Below, in pieces: positions 12,128-25,502 of a stretch of 64,000 bases of DNA. Origin of the DNA: Octopus vulgaris (taxonomy: Eukaryota). Below the pieces are notes generated by a model. The model worked only from the letters and a program-made list of their open reading frames with translations. It made no database searches and was not told where the DNA came from. Both the position numbers and the translations under genes were made by a program. Every line of letters starts with the position of its first letter. The first letter of the stretch is position 1. The stretch is taken from positions 81,840,001-81,904,000 of the forward strand of contig OX597824.1 of assembly GCA_951406725.2 (NCBI GenBank). Direction: 5' to 3'.

Positions 12128-12857
12128 GTGTGTGTGTATGTATATATATATATAGTACATACGCATGTGTAGGAAAACATTCTCAAACACACACAAGCAC
12201 ATGCGTTTACATAAATACATCTATAAATGCATCTATATCTATAAGCATGTGTATGTGTATGTGTAATTATAAATTATTGCGTTCGTGTATGTGTATTTGT
12301 GTGTGTGTGTGTGTGTGTGTGCAATTGTGTAATTTAGTTAGAAATTTTGATGGTTATTTTGGCATAAACGTTTATTTACTTATATTCTTGTTGAAGACCA
12401 TTTTCGAAGTGCCGACTTCGTTGTATTCATTTGTTGTTACCATCAGTTTTGCTATTTGAAGCAGTCAAAGAATGAGGAAAAAAAAAAGACAATAAACAAA
12501 TTCAAACGGCCCTTCATGCTGACTTCAAAATGTGGCACAAAGCAAGGCTCGCTATTTCAAGCAGTTAACGAATGAGAAAAAAACAAATTCAAATGACCAC
12601 AAAATGGAACGCGAAGCAAGGAGTAAGTGCTCGCAACATTATTCGGCCAAGGAAGCTGGTAGAACCGTTTGCACGACGAGAAAAAAGCTCAACGGCATTT
12701 CATCCGTTTTTACGTTCTGATTTCAAATTCCCTCCGAGATCAACTTTGCCTTTCAGGGACTATAAGATAAGTACCAGTTGAACACTGGGATCAATGTAAT
12801 CAACTCACTGCCTCAACCAGAATTGCTGGCCTTGTGCCAAAATTTAAAACTAATATC

Positions 12858-13090
12858 TATTTCTTTACTACCCACAAGGGGCTAAACACAGAGGGGACAA
12901 ACAAGGACAGACAAACGGATTAAGTCGATTACATCGACCCCAGTGCGTAACTGGTACTTATTTAATCGACCCCGAAAGGATGAAAGGCAAAGTCGACCAC
13001 GGCAGAATTTGAACTCAGAACGTAGTGACAGACAAAATGCTGCTAAGCATTTCGCCCGGTGTGCTAACGTTTCTGCCAGCTCGCCGCCTT
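12858..13090 (-). mobile_element. SINE family B (Meta-domain-like)
   Basis: Minus strand reads GGCGGCGAGCTGGCAGAA...GAGTTCAAATTC...GCCTTTCATCCTTTCGGGGTCGAT...AAGTACCAG; many copies in the window. Confidence 0.85.
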
Positions 13091-13701
13091 TTTGAAACTA
13101 ATATAATTTAACTAAAGGCTGTGGCCTGGCAGAATTGTTAGCATGTGGGGCAAAATGCTTAGCAGCATTTCATGTGTCTTTACGTTCTGAGTTCAAATGC
13201 TACCGAGATCAACTTTGCCTTTGACCTTCCCGCGGTAGATAAAATAAGATTACTGCCCTTGAGTCAAAATTTGAAACAGATATCATTCGACCAAAGTATC
13301 ATCGAGAACCTTACGGCTGAACCTTGGTCACAAGAATTTCCTAGTGGCAATAAGGGTCCTGAAGATAAGAAGGCTTCGAGTGATCTGAGAGTGACAACAA
13401 TAAGCTGAATAGTTATTGGTCTCAAATGTTGGCACAAGGCCAGCAGTTTTGAGAGGTGGGGATTTCATAGATTACAGCGACCTCTATGAGCAACTTTTAA
13501 TTAATTTGTCGACTCTCGAAAGGATAAAAAGGTAAGGTCGAGCTCGGCAAAATTTGAGCTCAGACGGACGAAATGCCGCTAAGCATTTTGTCCGGCGTGC
13601 TAACTATTCTGCGAGTTCACCGCCTTATTGAGGCCCATTACTGAAACAGATATATTCAAGACACCTTGGAGAGCTTGCCGACGAGTGTGGCTACTCATAT
13701 C

Positions 13702-14095
13702 GTAGGAGTGGCTATGTGGTAAGTGGCTTTCTTACCAACCACATGGTTCCGGGTTCAGTCCCACTGCGTGGCACATTGGGCATGTGTCTTCTAATATAGC
13801 CTCTGGCCGAACAGAGCCTTGTGAGTGGATTTGGTAGACGGAAACTGAAAGAAGCCCGTCGTATGTATGTAAGTATGTGTATATGTTTGTGTGTGTGTTT
13901 GTCCCCCCAGCATCGCTTGACAACCGATGCTGGTGTGTTTAGGTCCCCCAAACTTAGCGGTTTGGCTAAAGAGACCGATAGAATAAGTACTGGGCTTACA
14001 AAGAATAAGTCCTGGGATTGATTTGCTCGACTAAAGGCGGTGCTCCAGCATGGCCGCAGTCAAATGACTGAAACAAGTGAAAGAATAAAAGAAAA
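13702..14095 (+). mobile_element. SINE family A, full length
   Basis: Complete head, CORE-like block, internal microsatellite and tail. Confidence 0.9.
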
Positions 14096-14103
14096 AGAAA
14101 CGA

Positions 14104-14235
14104 ATGGATCAATCTACATTTCGATAACTTCACCACATTGGAAAATCGTATAAGATCGATAAATGGGTACTGCATGACCTGAACAAAGAGTAAAAAATCT
14201 CAGATACGGCATCTGCTCTGCACTTCTGTTGAGCG
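14104..14235 (+). pseudogene. Mariner transposase fragment
   Basis: Translates MDQSTFR*LHHIGKSYKIDKWVLHDLNKE*K / RYGICSALLL, matching the mariner WVPHEL-linker region. Confidence 0.65.
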
Positions 14236-14285
14236 TTATAAACAGCCATTCCCTCCTTGCATGTATGTATGTATGCTTGTAGGTA

Positions 14286-14510
14286 TATCTGGATGAAGTG
14301 GGATTTCCAGAAAGAGGAATCGACCGGCTAATTTGTACATTACAAGTGCAATCTGTGAGTGGAACAGTAAAAATATGCAAGACTTTTCACAAGTTCCAAA
14401 TGTGAATATATTTGTGTTAACTATATCCTAGAGATGGAGCCTTGTCACTTTGTTGGAAACTGGCTCCCTCCTCAGTGGAAGATTTATAATAATTAAAAAA
14501 TAGAAGAGAC
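14286..14510 (+). pseudogene. 3' end of an RLE-type non-LTR retrotransposon
   Basis: YLDEVGFPERGIDRLICTLQVQSVSGTVKICKTFHKFQM* (stop 14403-14405) resembles RLE-LINE C-termini; the ~100-bp 3'UTR runs into (CATA)n. Confidence 0.5.
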
Positions 14511-14965
14511 ATGCATACATACATGCATACATACATACATACAAACATACATACATACATGCATACATACATACGCATACACACATACATACATACATAC
14601 ATGCATACATACATGGATGCACACATACATGCATACATGCATGCATACATACATACATACATACATACATACATGCATGCATACATACATACATACACAC
14701 ATACATACATACATACATACATACACACATACATACATGCATACATGCATGCATATACATATACATATATACACACATGCATACACACATATATACATAC
14801 ATACATACATACATACGTACATACATATATACATACATACATGCATACATACAAGCATACATACATACATACATACATACATACATACATACATACATAC
14901 ATACACACATACATATATACATACATACATACATACATTTATACATTCATGCATGCATGCATGTA
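14510..14965. repeat. Degenerate (CATA)n/(CATG) microsatellite
   Basis: Tandem repeat seen directly. Confidence 0.95.
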
Positions 14966-15590
14966 TACTAATCAATTGAAGACTTCAATATCTGAAACGT
15001 TTTCTTTCAGTGTAGGTCAATCAAAAAGGTTTAATTCTCCTCTATCACATAACCAACGTATCGTGAAAATGCATATAATTACAATTAATTCTGAAAATAA
15101 TTATTCTTACAAATAATTCTGAAAAGCATTGGCAGGATTCGGCTATGAAAATCCGTTTCACTCTGTATAATCTTCCAACCTTTCTCTTCTTTCGACAAGC
15201 ACGCCATTCAGTATCACATGACACCCCACAAATAATGCTTTTCGGCAACCAAAGGTCAATGCCTCCAAAGAATTTATCGATTACAGAGTTCCAAATTTAT
15301 ATGCAACAGAAACTTTGCTGATTGTTTTTTTCTGGAAAAATAGATCATTTCTGATCATTATTATTTGGATCATTAAAATTTATTGAGCTGAGATAGAAAT
15401 ATTCATTGCTTTTAAATTAGGGGTTAGAAACCGCAAATCAAAATATTATAGATGCTGGTGCTCGGGAATAGGCGTAGATGTATGTGAATGCATACATATG
15501 CATACATAATACACACACATACACACACATATGTATATATGTATATTTAGATAAACAGGTGTGTGTGTGTGTGTGTGTGTTTGTGTGCGC

Positions 15591-15623
<33 letters not shown>

Positions 15624-15874
15624 CATGTAAAAAGAGGGAGAGAGGGAGTGAGAGAAAGAGAGAGAGAAGCGAAAGAGACAGACTTGCGGGTTTTATAGAC
15701 GCAAGAGTAGTCCAAGAAAATGGCACAGTCATGTCGAGAAAAGGTGAATAGCCGTAAGCAATTTTTATGTGTAAATCGCAGTTTTCGTTGTATGTATAAT
15801 AGATGTATCGTTATACAATACAAACGCAAAAATATCCAACTAAAATTGATGCAATATTAAATTATTAGGATGGA

Positions 15875-16440
15875 AGCGGCGAGCTGGCAGAATCGTTAGC
15901 ACACCGGGCGAAATGCTTAGCGGTATTTCGTCTGCCGTTACGTTCTGAGTTCAAATTCCGTCGAGGTCAACTTTGCCTTTCATCCTTTCGGGGTCGATAA
16001 ATTTAGTACCAGTTATGCACTGGGGATCGATATAATCGACTTAATCCGTTTGTCTGTCCTTGTTTGTCCCCTCTGTGGGTAGTAAAAAATAGGTATTTCG
16101 TCTGCCGCTGCGTTCTGAGTTCAAATTCCGCCGAGGTCGACTTTGCCTTTCATCCTTTCGGGGTCGATTAAATAAGTACCAGTTACGCACTAGGGTCGAT
16201 ATAATTGACTTAATCCGATTATATCGACCCCAGTGCGTAACTGGTACTTATTTAATCGACCCCCAAATGATGAAAGTCAAAGTTGACCTCGGCGGAATTT
16301 GAACTCAGAACGCAACGGCAGACGAAATACCGCAAAGCATTTCGCCCGGAGTGCTAACGTTTAAATACCTTTTTCTTTACTACCCACAAGGGGCAAAACA
16401 CAGAGAGGACAAACAAGGACAGACAAACGGATTAAGTAAA
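15875..16440. mobile_element. SINE family B cluster: + strand dimer (15875-16215) joined tail-to-tail to - strand copies (16218-16440)
   Basis: Repeated Meta-like core in both orientations. Confidence 0.85.
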
Positions 16441-16709
16441 CACACAGAAACCGGTTATTAAACGGTGGTGGGAGACAAGCACACACACACGCATACATAC
16501 ACACACATATACGACTACCTTCTTTCACTTTTCGTCTACTAAATCCAACCACAAGGCTTTGGTCAGCACCAGGCAATAGTACAAGACACTTGCTCAAGGA
16601 CTGAACCGGAACCATGTGGCTGGAAACCAAACTTCTCACCACGCAGTTACACCCGCGCCTGTATATTACACAGATATACAAAGGCAATGTTAAAACCCCA
16701 GTAATTTAA

Positions 16710-17087
16710 TATTCTTTTCTACTTTAGGCACAAGACCTGAAATTGGGGGGGGGGGGGAAGCAACTGGTACTTAATTTATCGACCTCGAAAGAATGAGAGG
16801 CAAATTTGACCTCGGCGGAATTTGAAATCAGGACGTAAAGACAGACAAAATGCCTATTTCTTTATTACCCACAAGGGGCAAATCGCTGAGGGGACAAACA
16901 AGGACAGACAAACGGATTAAGTCGATTATATCGACCCCAGTGCGTAACTGGTACTTATTTAATCGACCCCGAAAGGATGAAAGGCAAAGTCGACCTCGGC
17001 GGAATTTGAACTCAGAACGCAGCGGCGGACGAAATACCACAAAGTATTTCGGCCGGCGTGCTAACGTTTCTGCCAGCTCTCCGCCTT
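16710..17087 (-). mobile_element. SINE family B composite dimer (head-core-tail1-core-tail2)
   Basis: Two cores with a junction at ~16852; same layout as 38278-38675 and 38680-39055. Confidence 0.8.
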
Positions 17088-17744
17088 ACGTAGGAATATA
17101 CATATGTGTTCCCTCTCTCTGTCCATGACCAAAATGCGTTGGCACTATGTTCACATTTACTGTAAAACAGTGTTGGCCATCAAATGTATAGATACGTTCA
17201 GCAGAATATTATATCAGTTTAAGGAGTATGTATATGTTTATTCAATTTGACGTGTCGGCCACAAAATCTGTGAGGGCCCTGTAAATTATTATTGCAAAAG
17301 CCAACCACTGCCTGGAATAAAATCTTAGAAAGAATTTACGTGAACATTAAATTCTCGAAGCGATAAAAAGACATTAAAATATTTTAACTTCGTCGTTTTG
17401 TATAAAAGCGTGGAATACACTTGGCTGTTGAATTATGATTTTACGAGTAATAACATATGAAAAGGCATATAAAATATGAACCACTGAGAATAAAATGATA
17501 TTTATATTTAAAGCTGTACATAGAGAAACGAACCGCGGAGGGATTATAAAATATTAGTGATGGGACGTGGTACCTCTAACGATAATTTCATAATTTATTT
17601 TTCATTGTTTCTTTTATTGGCGTTCACCATTATTTTTACATATATTCAGATATACTCTGGAGCCGAAAAATAAAGCAATACTTCATCATATTTTATCTCT
17701 TCGCTTTGGTGTTAAACCATACCCGAGTAAATAGATCGGTAGCT

Positions 17745-18113
17745 AGTGGTCTGTCTTTCTCTTGATGGGTGCGAAGGGTGCTGGTGCCTGAGGTGGCTGT
17801 TCAAGCCAAGGGTGATATAAAAGATCGGGGGGGGGGGCATCTTTTTCGCAGGGAGGAGTTGGCGGAGGTCGACGAAGAGCGAGTTGCTCTTTGGGATTTC
17901 GATCTCTAACCGCTGCCTCTTGATATCTTATTTTCCATCTGGCTTGTTTCCTCGATGATGACATGTCTACACTTTGTGCGGTCCTGAGGAATTGCCTCCC
18001 AGGTATTTGCATCAGTGGAGCAACAGAAAAAAGTTGCCTTTCAGCTAGTTTTGGAAACGGAATTTGGAGTATCCAAGTGGTTTGGTGTCTGAAGCCAATT
18101 CCGCAAAGTGGAG
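17745..18113 (-). pseudogene. RTE-clade LINE 3' fragment
   Basis: Frameshifted translation LHFAELASDTKPLGYSKFRFQN*LK..NTWEAIPQDRTKCRHVI..RSFIS/LGLNSHLRHQH matches the RTE ORF C-terminus with a terminal zinc-finger-like motif. Confidence 0.7.
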
Positions 18114-18325
18114 TTGTGTGTGTTTATGTGTGTGATTTGTATTGGTCAAATACAAATCGCACACATACACACTCACACGTGCACACATATACCACCCTGC
18201 TAAACATAAAACACACATATACACAGACCCATACAAACACACACACACCACACTGAACTCTAAGACCAGTCAAAAACCACCACAGACATACACAAGCATA
18301 TATATACACACACACATAGAACCGT

Positions 18326-18367
<42 letters not shown>

Positions 18368-18929
18368 GCATTCATACCATCTTGACCAGTCTAAGACCAG
18401 TCGAAAAACCACCGAACCATGACAGACTATCCCAGAAACAAAAATAATCCTTTTGATTCCACAAACTATTCCAAAGCAGAAAATGTAAATGCTCACTTCC
18501 AACCCAAACCCCATTATTTTTAAAATAGCAACCATCCTTACAACACGCACATACAAGACTAGAGATGAAGAAAAAGTTTGCTCATTCCCCTAAAATTCTT
18601 ATAAGTTATTATTTCTGATAAACTTCTGACAATTATGAACTTATTTTACTGCATATTTTGAAAGATTTTATGCAAAATGTTTAAGCACAAAGCCTCTCTT
18701 AATATTTTCTAATCATAGTCAAAGATTATATCATTATAAATCTATGTTAACTCATTTTTAACATCACAAAGGCTACACAAAGCCTTACACTTCACTTTTG
18801 AAAATCTATTTAAAAAAAGTGAAACCGGTTAAGTCAATAAACATCTTTAATAGACATCTGCATTTTCAAATCCTCCTGTGTACACACATTCACTCACACA
18901 CACGCGCGCACACATTACTTTTCTTTTCT

Positions 18930-19335
18930 TTTCTTTCACTTGTTTCAGTCATTTTTGACTGCGGCCATGCTGGAGCACCGCCAATTGTCGAGCAAATCGA
19001 CCCCAGGACTTATTCTTTGTAAGCCTAGTACTTATTCTATCGTTCTCTTTCGCCGAACCGCTAAGTTGCGGGGAGGTAAACACACCACCATCGGTTGTCA
19101 AGCGATCTTGGGGGGACAAACACAGACACACACACATATAAACACACGCATACATATACATATATATATATATATATATACGACGGGCTTCTTTCAGTTT
19201 CCGTCTACCAAATCCTCTCACAAGGCTTTGGCAGGTCCGAGGCTATAGTAGAAGACACTTGCCCAAGGTGCCACGCAGTGGGACTGAACCCGGAACCATG
19301 TGGTCGGTAAGCAAGCTACTTACCACACAGCCAAT
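18930..19335 (-). mobile_element. SINE family A, full length
   Basis: Reverse complement of the family A sequence. Confidence 0.9.
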
Positions 19336-19916
19336 CATGCATTTATATGAGTAACCAATGTAATTGACCATTTGCTTAATTAATTGTTCATTTTCTTTAG
19401 TTGACCAATTTGATTTTACACTTTCTACAATTGATAAAATGAATTTAGCATTCCAATAATTGCCCTAATTAATCATAATGTTCGAGCTATGAAAGCCAAA
19501 ACAAATTAGAGAATTAATTTAATGAAATTTAAGCACCGATTGATTAATTTCTCAAATTATCAGATCTATATTATGTACGAATGACGAAACGACTTCTGCG
19601 ATATTGTGATTGATAAAACGTATACTATTTCGCTTATACTCCACTCACACAAATATATAAACTCTAAGCATCCATACATATGTATAGATATATACTTATA
19701 GATATGTATACATCTACATATATATATATGTATGTATGTATATATATATGTATGTATGTATATATATATATATTTGAGTAGAAAAATGAAATATCTTTTT
19801 ATGGATAATTCGTTTAACCGATACCTGGGTAGCAAATTCACATCAGAAATAACACGGTTGAAGTTACGTGCCTAGGGCAGAGACTACGTGTTTTCGTGTG
19901 GAAATTTCTGTGTATT

Positions 19917-20222
19917 TTTATAAAATTTATGAATAAATGAAAGAATGGAGTTAACGACAAATTAACAAATTTCCTTTGTTTTCGACATATGTTTCGAAGG
20001 CTGCATATTCCTAATTGTGAAGGAATAAGGAATAAGGAATCTTTTGTGAATCTTGATGTTGACATAAATTCCTTGTTTTTCCTGATGAGAAAGCGGCATA
20101 ATGTACTCCTTATTCCTTCACAATTAGAAATATGCAGCCTTCGAAACATATTGTCGAAAATAAAGGAAATTTGTTAATTTGTCGTTCAACTCCATTCTTT
20201 CATTTATTCATAAATTTTATAA

Positions 20223-20223
<1 letters not shown>
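19917..20223 (+). mobile_element. Fold-back PLE-derived cassette (arms ~19917-20030 and ~20108-20223) abutting (TA)n
   Basis: ~115-bp inverted repeat enclosing the 5' half of an HHR. Confidence 0.85.
20067..20172 (+). ncRNA. Type I hammerhead ribozyme motif (canonical core)
   Basis: Stem I TTTTC/GAAAA, extended by CCTT/AAGG; CTGATGA at 20082-20088; stem II GAAAGCGGCATA/TATGCAGCCTTC; GAAA at 20143-20146; stem III ACA-TAT-TGT; predicted GUC cleavage after 20155. Confidence 0.85.
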
Positions 20224-20265
<42 letters not shown>

Positions 20266-20563
20266 GAGAGAGAGAGAGAGAGAGAGAGACGTGAGTAAAG
20301 TGACAGAGGGTACAAAGTGGTACCAGTATTCCTAGAAATAAGAGTCCAAATGATTCATCAGCCACAAAAGTTCTATCTTAGTATGTTCGCAAGGGGGACA
20401 AAGCTCCCTACGGCCACAGGTATAGCCATATCACGTGATTTCGAATTTTGATGCAGCGAATCTTAATTCTTGACTGCGGCTCTTACATGCATATATGAAT
20501 ATGTATGTATGTATGTATGTATATATATATATACATACATATATGTATATATATGTATGTAGG

Positions 20564-20599
<36 letters not shown>

Positions 20600-20726
20600 C
20601 ATACATACATTCATATGTATATATACATATATATATACACACATAAAAACATACATACATACATATATTTCTACATGTATGTATGTATATAAATATACAC
20701 ATACACACATGTGTATGTATGTACAC

Positions 20727-20764
<38 letters not shown>

Positions 20765-21156
20765 ATACACACACACACATAAAACCACAACCAACTAAAT
20801 GAATTTTCTGATTGATTGAACTTAACGTTGTATTTCAAGTATTCCATTAATCAAAGTAATTTTCCATTTTCTATGATTGGAAATATGTTTGTATCATCAA
20901 TTAAGTTTACCGTACGAAGGTGAGTGAAGAATGAAACATAACTTTTATTAAATTAGAGACACAGCAGCAGTCTTTGTCAATTTAGATTAGTATACTCTGT
21001 CAATTAGCTACTTCAAGAAAATCGGTGCGGAGCGTTATATAACAATATATTATCGATGACAGAGAATTCCTCTTGGGTGTCTGTAAGGAAGTCGGATGGT
21101 AGATAGAATTTTTGATAGATAGATAGATAGATAGAGAGATAGATAGAAAGATAGAT

Positions 21157-21186
<30 letters not shown>

Positions 21187-21193
<7 letters not shown>

Positions 21194-21424
21194 TAGATAC
21201 AGCTCCCCTTCCCTTTTCCTACTTTTCATTATACACACATGTTTATGTAGGTATATATATATGTGTGTGTATATATATATATATTTGCACACACACACAT
21301 ATATATATATGTGTGTGTGTGTGTGTGAATATATATATATATATATATATACATATATACCTACATAAACATGTGTGTATAATGAAAAGTAGGAAAAGGG
21401 AAGGGGAGCTGTATCTATCTGTCT
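21187..21424. repeat. Perfect ~72-bp inverted repeat around a microsatellite spacer
   Basis: 21187-21258 is the reverse complement of 21353-21424. Confidence 0.9.
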
Positions 21425-22028
21425 ATCTATCTATCTATCTATATACACACACACACACACATACATACATATATATATATATATAGAACATGAATGAGTA
21501 ATACAATAAGTAATACATTAACCTATCATACATGGCTAATATGAGCATAATGAGACACCCATATCTGCATGGCCGAAACAGCTGTTGATTAAGATGTATT
21601 TTCTTATTTTGTATTATGTATATATATATATATATTTATATATTAATCAAAATAAAAACATGATGCCAAGGATTCAGCGGTACATATATTTCGGGCCTTT
21701 ATTAGACGGATTTATAACAATACATAATGTGTGTCTATGGCCTTCTTCAGCCGCGCACAATTACTACCTCAAGGACATGCATTACATCAAAAATTCTACG
21801 CTGGGGATGCAAATCCTCTCAGTCGCGTACGACATAATGCGGCACCAGCACAAAAATGAAGCGTCCATCCCGTCCTTCTCTCAATGTAGAATGGGGAAGC
21901 TTGGAAGTTGAGGTAATATAAATAAACGAATAAATAAATACATAAATATATAAATATATATATATATAAAAATACACACAGACGTGAAAGGAACCTGGTA
22001 ATAAGAGTAAATAGGGATATATATATAC

Positions 22029-22076
<48 letters not shown>

Positions 22077-22246
22077 ATTTATACAAAGTATGGAGGTTTA
22101 GTTCATAAGTGATTTAAATAATTAGGTACGCTAGGTAAGTGCTGTAGCTGATTTACTAGGAATCCAAAGTTATATCCGACTCGATGGTCATGGATAGTTG
22201 CAGATTTCAGATGGTGTGGATATATACTTGTTAAAGAGGACAACAT

Positions 22247-22332
<86 letters not shown>

Positions 22333-22333
<1 letters not shown>

Positions 22334-22702
22334 TAGCAGTATCGCCCGGCGTTGCTCAGGTTTGTAAGGGAGATAACTATAAAGCATTTTTAGAGAGTTA
22401 TAGCCCAAAAAATAGCAAAAAAATGGAAAAAAAATTATGGTAAATTTATTTTTGAGAGTAAAAAAAGGTGGAGTTGCGTCCCCTAGACAGTTTGCGGTTT
22501 GTGTTTCTGATTCTCGACCCCATGTCGAATTTATCGATTTTTTTCAGAACTGGGGGAACTTTTCAAAATTTTCGCTGCGTTAGTTTTGAATTATGACATT
22601 GGGCTATGTGTGTGTCAAGTTTCATCAGAATCGGTTGAAAGCCGTGGTCAGGGTGAGGGTACAAGCAAACAGACACACAGAAACACGCACAGACAAACTG
22701 CC

Positions 22703-22706
<4 letters not shown>
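22333..22706 (-). mobile_element. Non-autonomous Helitron-like element
   Basis: The minus-strand 3' end has the hairpin CCTGAGCAACGCCGGG about 8 nt before a terminal CTAG (22333-22336). The 5' end merges into (TA)n followed by (CTGT)-type repeats. No TSD is visible. Confidence 0.7.
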
Positions 22707-22743
<37 letters not shown>

Positions 22744-22799
22744 GGACTCTCTCCCGTCGTTTGATGACGTGTGAGGGATTTGGCAATTTCTTGCCGAGC

Positions 22800-23040
22800 A
22801 ACCACACAGATAATATGTTTATAGTGATCAAATGTTTGTGTAGACATAAGCTCACTCCTTTTATCAAATTGACATTACCTGTACAGGTGCAACTGTGTGC
22901 CACATGTCAGATGTCGAAATGGTCGCAGAGCAACGTGAAATGAAGTTCCTTGCTCAAGAACACAACTCAGCTCCCGTTCTGGGAATCGAACCCACGATCT
23001 CGCAATCGTGTGTGCAACACCCTGACTACTAAGCCACATA
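22800..23040 (-). mobile_element. SINE with a family C-like head and an alternative 3' module
   Basis: B box GGTTCGATTCCC and GTGTTCTTGAGCAAGG core; tail resembles 3870-3960. Confidence 0.6.
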
Positions 23041-23740
23041 TAATAAACCAGGCTCCAAATAGACACAAGAGTTAAATCGACTCGAAGAGCCACAAAAAGC
23101 ACTACCTCAATGCGCTGACAGATGAGAGGGAGCTAGAAAAGCATCTTAAACGGGTGAAACAAACTCACAAATGAAGTAACAAATAGATGTCTTGCAAACA
23201 ACTTGCACATGCAAGTGCTACCAGTTAAAAGCTCCGTATATCGGAAGCTAGCAAGTGTATGGGGTCATCAGGAGAGAATGCGCGCCGTTTCGGGGCCTAC
23301 CTCTCGACGGCATCAATGTGCACCGGCCCCCCTCACTGATATGAGGCCCCGCTTGCTAGATCAGCTGGTTATGAAGAACTCAATATACTTCTAGCCATCG
23401 TTCATCGTCTCTTTTTAACCAAATCCAGTGGCTAGTCTTCTCCACTGTAGATTGGATATCAGTCATGGTGGTATTGACTTTACGATGAGTTAGGCCTAAC
23501 GATAACAACAGTCGTCTCACGCTGTGTCCTACAAACCCTATATCACGTGATTTCGAACTCTGAATTTAATCTTAGCTCTCGTCAGTTGTTCTTACTGTGC
23601 ACCAGGCGAAATGGTATCTCTCCTCGTGCAACTCCAACTCATGAGAAAAAAACCGTTGAAAAGCGGGCGCTAATTCAAATCTGTGGAAGTGTATAGTATA
23701 AATGAAATATAGTATATTAAATATATTATAATATAGGCGA

Positions 23741-23970
23741 AGGCAGCGAGCTGGCAGAAACGTTAGCGCGCTGGGCGAAATGCATAGCAGTAATTCGTCT
23801 GTCGTTACGTTCTGAGTTCAAATTCCGCCAAGGTCGACTTTGCCTTTCATCCTTTCGGGGTCAACAAATAAAGTACCAGTCTCGCACTAGGGTCGATATA
23901 ATGGACTTGATCCCTTTGCCTGTCCTTGCTTGTCCCCTCTATGTTTAGCTCCTTGTGGGCAATAAAGAAA
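23741..23970 (+). mobile_element. SINE family B, full length
   Basis: Head, Meta-like core and tail1 ending GGGCAATAAAGAAAT. Confidence 0.85.
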
Positions 23971-24256
23971 TATATATTATTATATAGGTGTCCCGTTAGC
24001 AATTAAAACCCTAAAGGCAAATTAATCCACAAGGGCACAAAATAGGACAAGCATTGCTAGAAACGAGAGTCAAAATACGACTCGGAGAGTCACAAAAAGC
24101 ACTAAGTCAATGAGTTGCCGAAACTCATAGTAGAGGTGCAGAAGTGCATTTGGGCTTCTCTGTATGTATCTATGCTTAAGGAACCATGATGTAGTGTATG
24201 ATTTTGTGCTCGTGTGTTTTTGCATTCGCTGTAAAACTAGTATATGTAGGTGTACG

Positions 24257-24301
<45 letters not shown>

Positions 24302-24553
24302 GTATATATATGTATATGTATATGTACTTATGCATAGGTATATATGTTTGTGTGTGTGTTGGTGTTTGAGTATCTGCATGATTGTAATCAAACACTCCCT
24401 ATTTCAACAGTCAATACGCTCTAAATTATCAGTTTGAAGACGGCTTTTAAGCGAGAATCTCACCTTTTGTAAACATCTAATTAAAGTGGGAAAATTATCA
24501 TACGAGCTATTTCTGTTCAGTTTTTCAAATATATAATACTTTACCGAGGACTT

Positions 24554-24624
<71 letters not shown>

Positions 24625-25125
24625 CTATATATATATATATGTATATGTGTATATATGTAATATTATTGGTCGGCGGGTGACTATAGTAGAAGACACATGC
24701 CCAAGGTGTCATGCAGTGGGACTGAACCCAGAACCATAAAGTTAGGAAGCAAACTTCTTACCACACAGCTACACCTGCTCCGACGAATGTATGTATGTGT
24801 GTGTATATATATGTGTGTATATATAACCCTCCTTCTTTCCGTCTTTGTTGAGCGTCGAGCTGGCAGAAACGTTAGTACGCCGTATTCCGTCCGCCGTTAC
24901 GTTCTGAGTTCAAATTCCACCGAGGTCGACTTTGCCTTTCATCCTTTCAGGGTCGATAAATAAAGTATCAGTTACGCACTGGGGTCGATGTAAACGACTT
25001 AATACCTTAGTCTGTCCTTGTTTGTCCCCCTCTATGTTTAGCCCTTTGTGGGCAGTAAAGAAATATATATTTGTTCCACGTCCTCGCGTTGTTGTGTTTT
25101 TTTGTTTTCTTATTTGGATTAACTT

Positions 25126-25213
<88 letters not shown>

Positions 25214-25413
25214 CAGAGAAAAACAAACAGACAGACAGACAGTCAGACATACGTATATACATAAATACGTAGCTGGATGTTGGTAGAAAATTACTTGTGT
25301 ATTCATCCGATAAGTAGATGGGTAAGTCGACAGGTAGGTAGATAAATGATCACTTCGAGAAACAGACAGCTCCATGCATACATGCATATATATATACATA
25401 CATACATACATGC

Positions 25414-25502
<89 letters not shown>

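Noticed and set aside
21520-21720. Two HHRs flanking a (TA)n (GGCC-GAAA-CAGCTG on +, GGCCC-GAAA-TATATGTA on -)
   Set aside because: CUGANGA cores and stems could not be recovered; at most these are heavily decayed pLTR ends.
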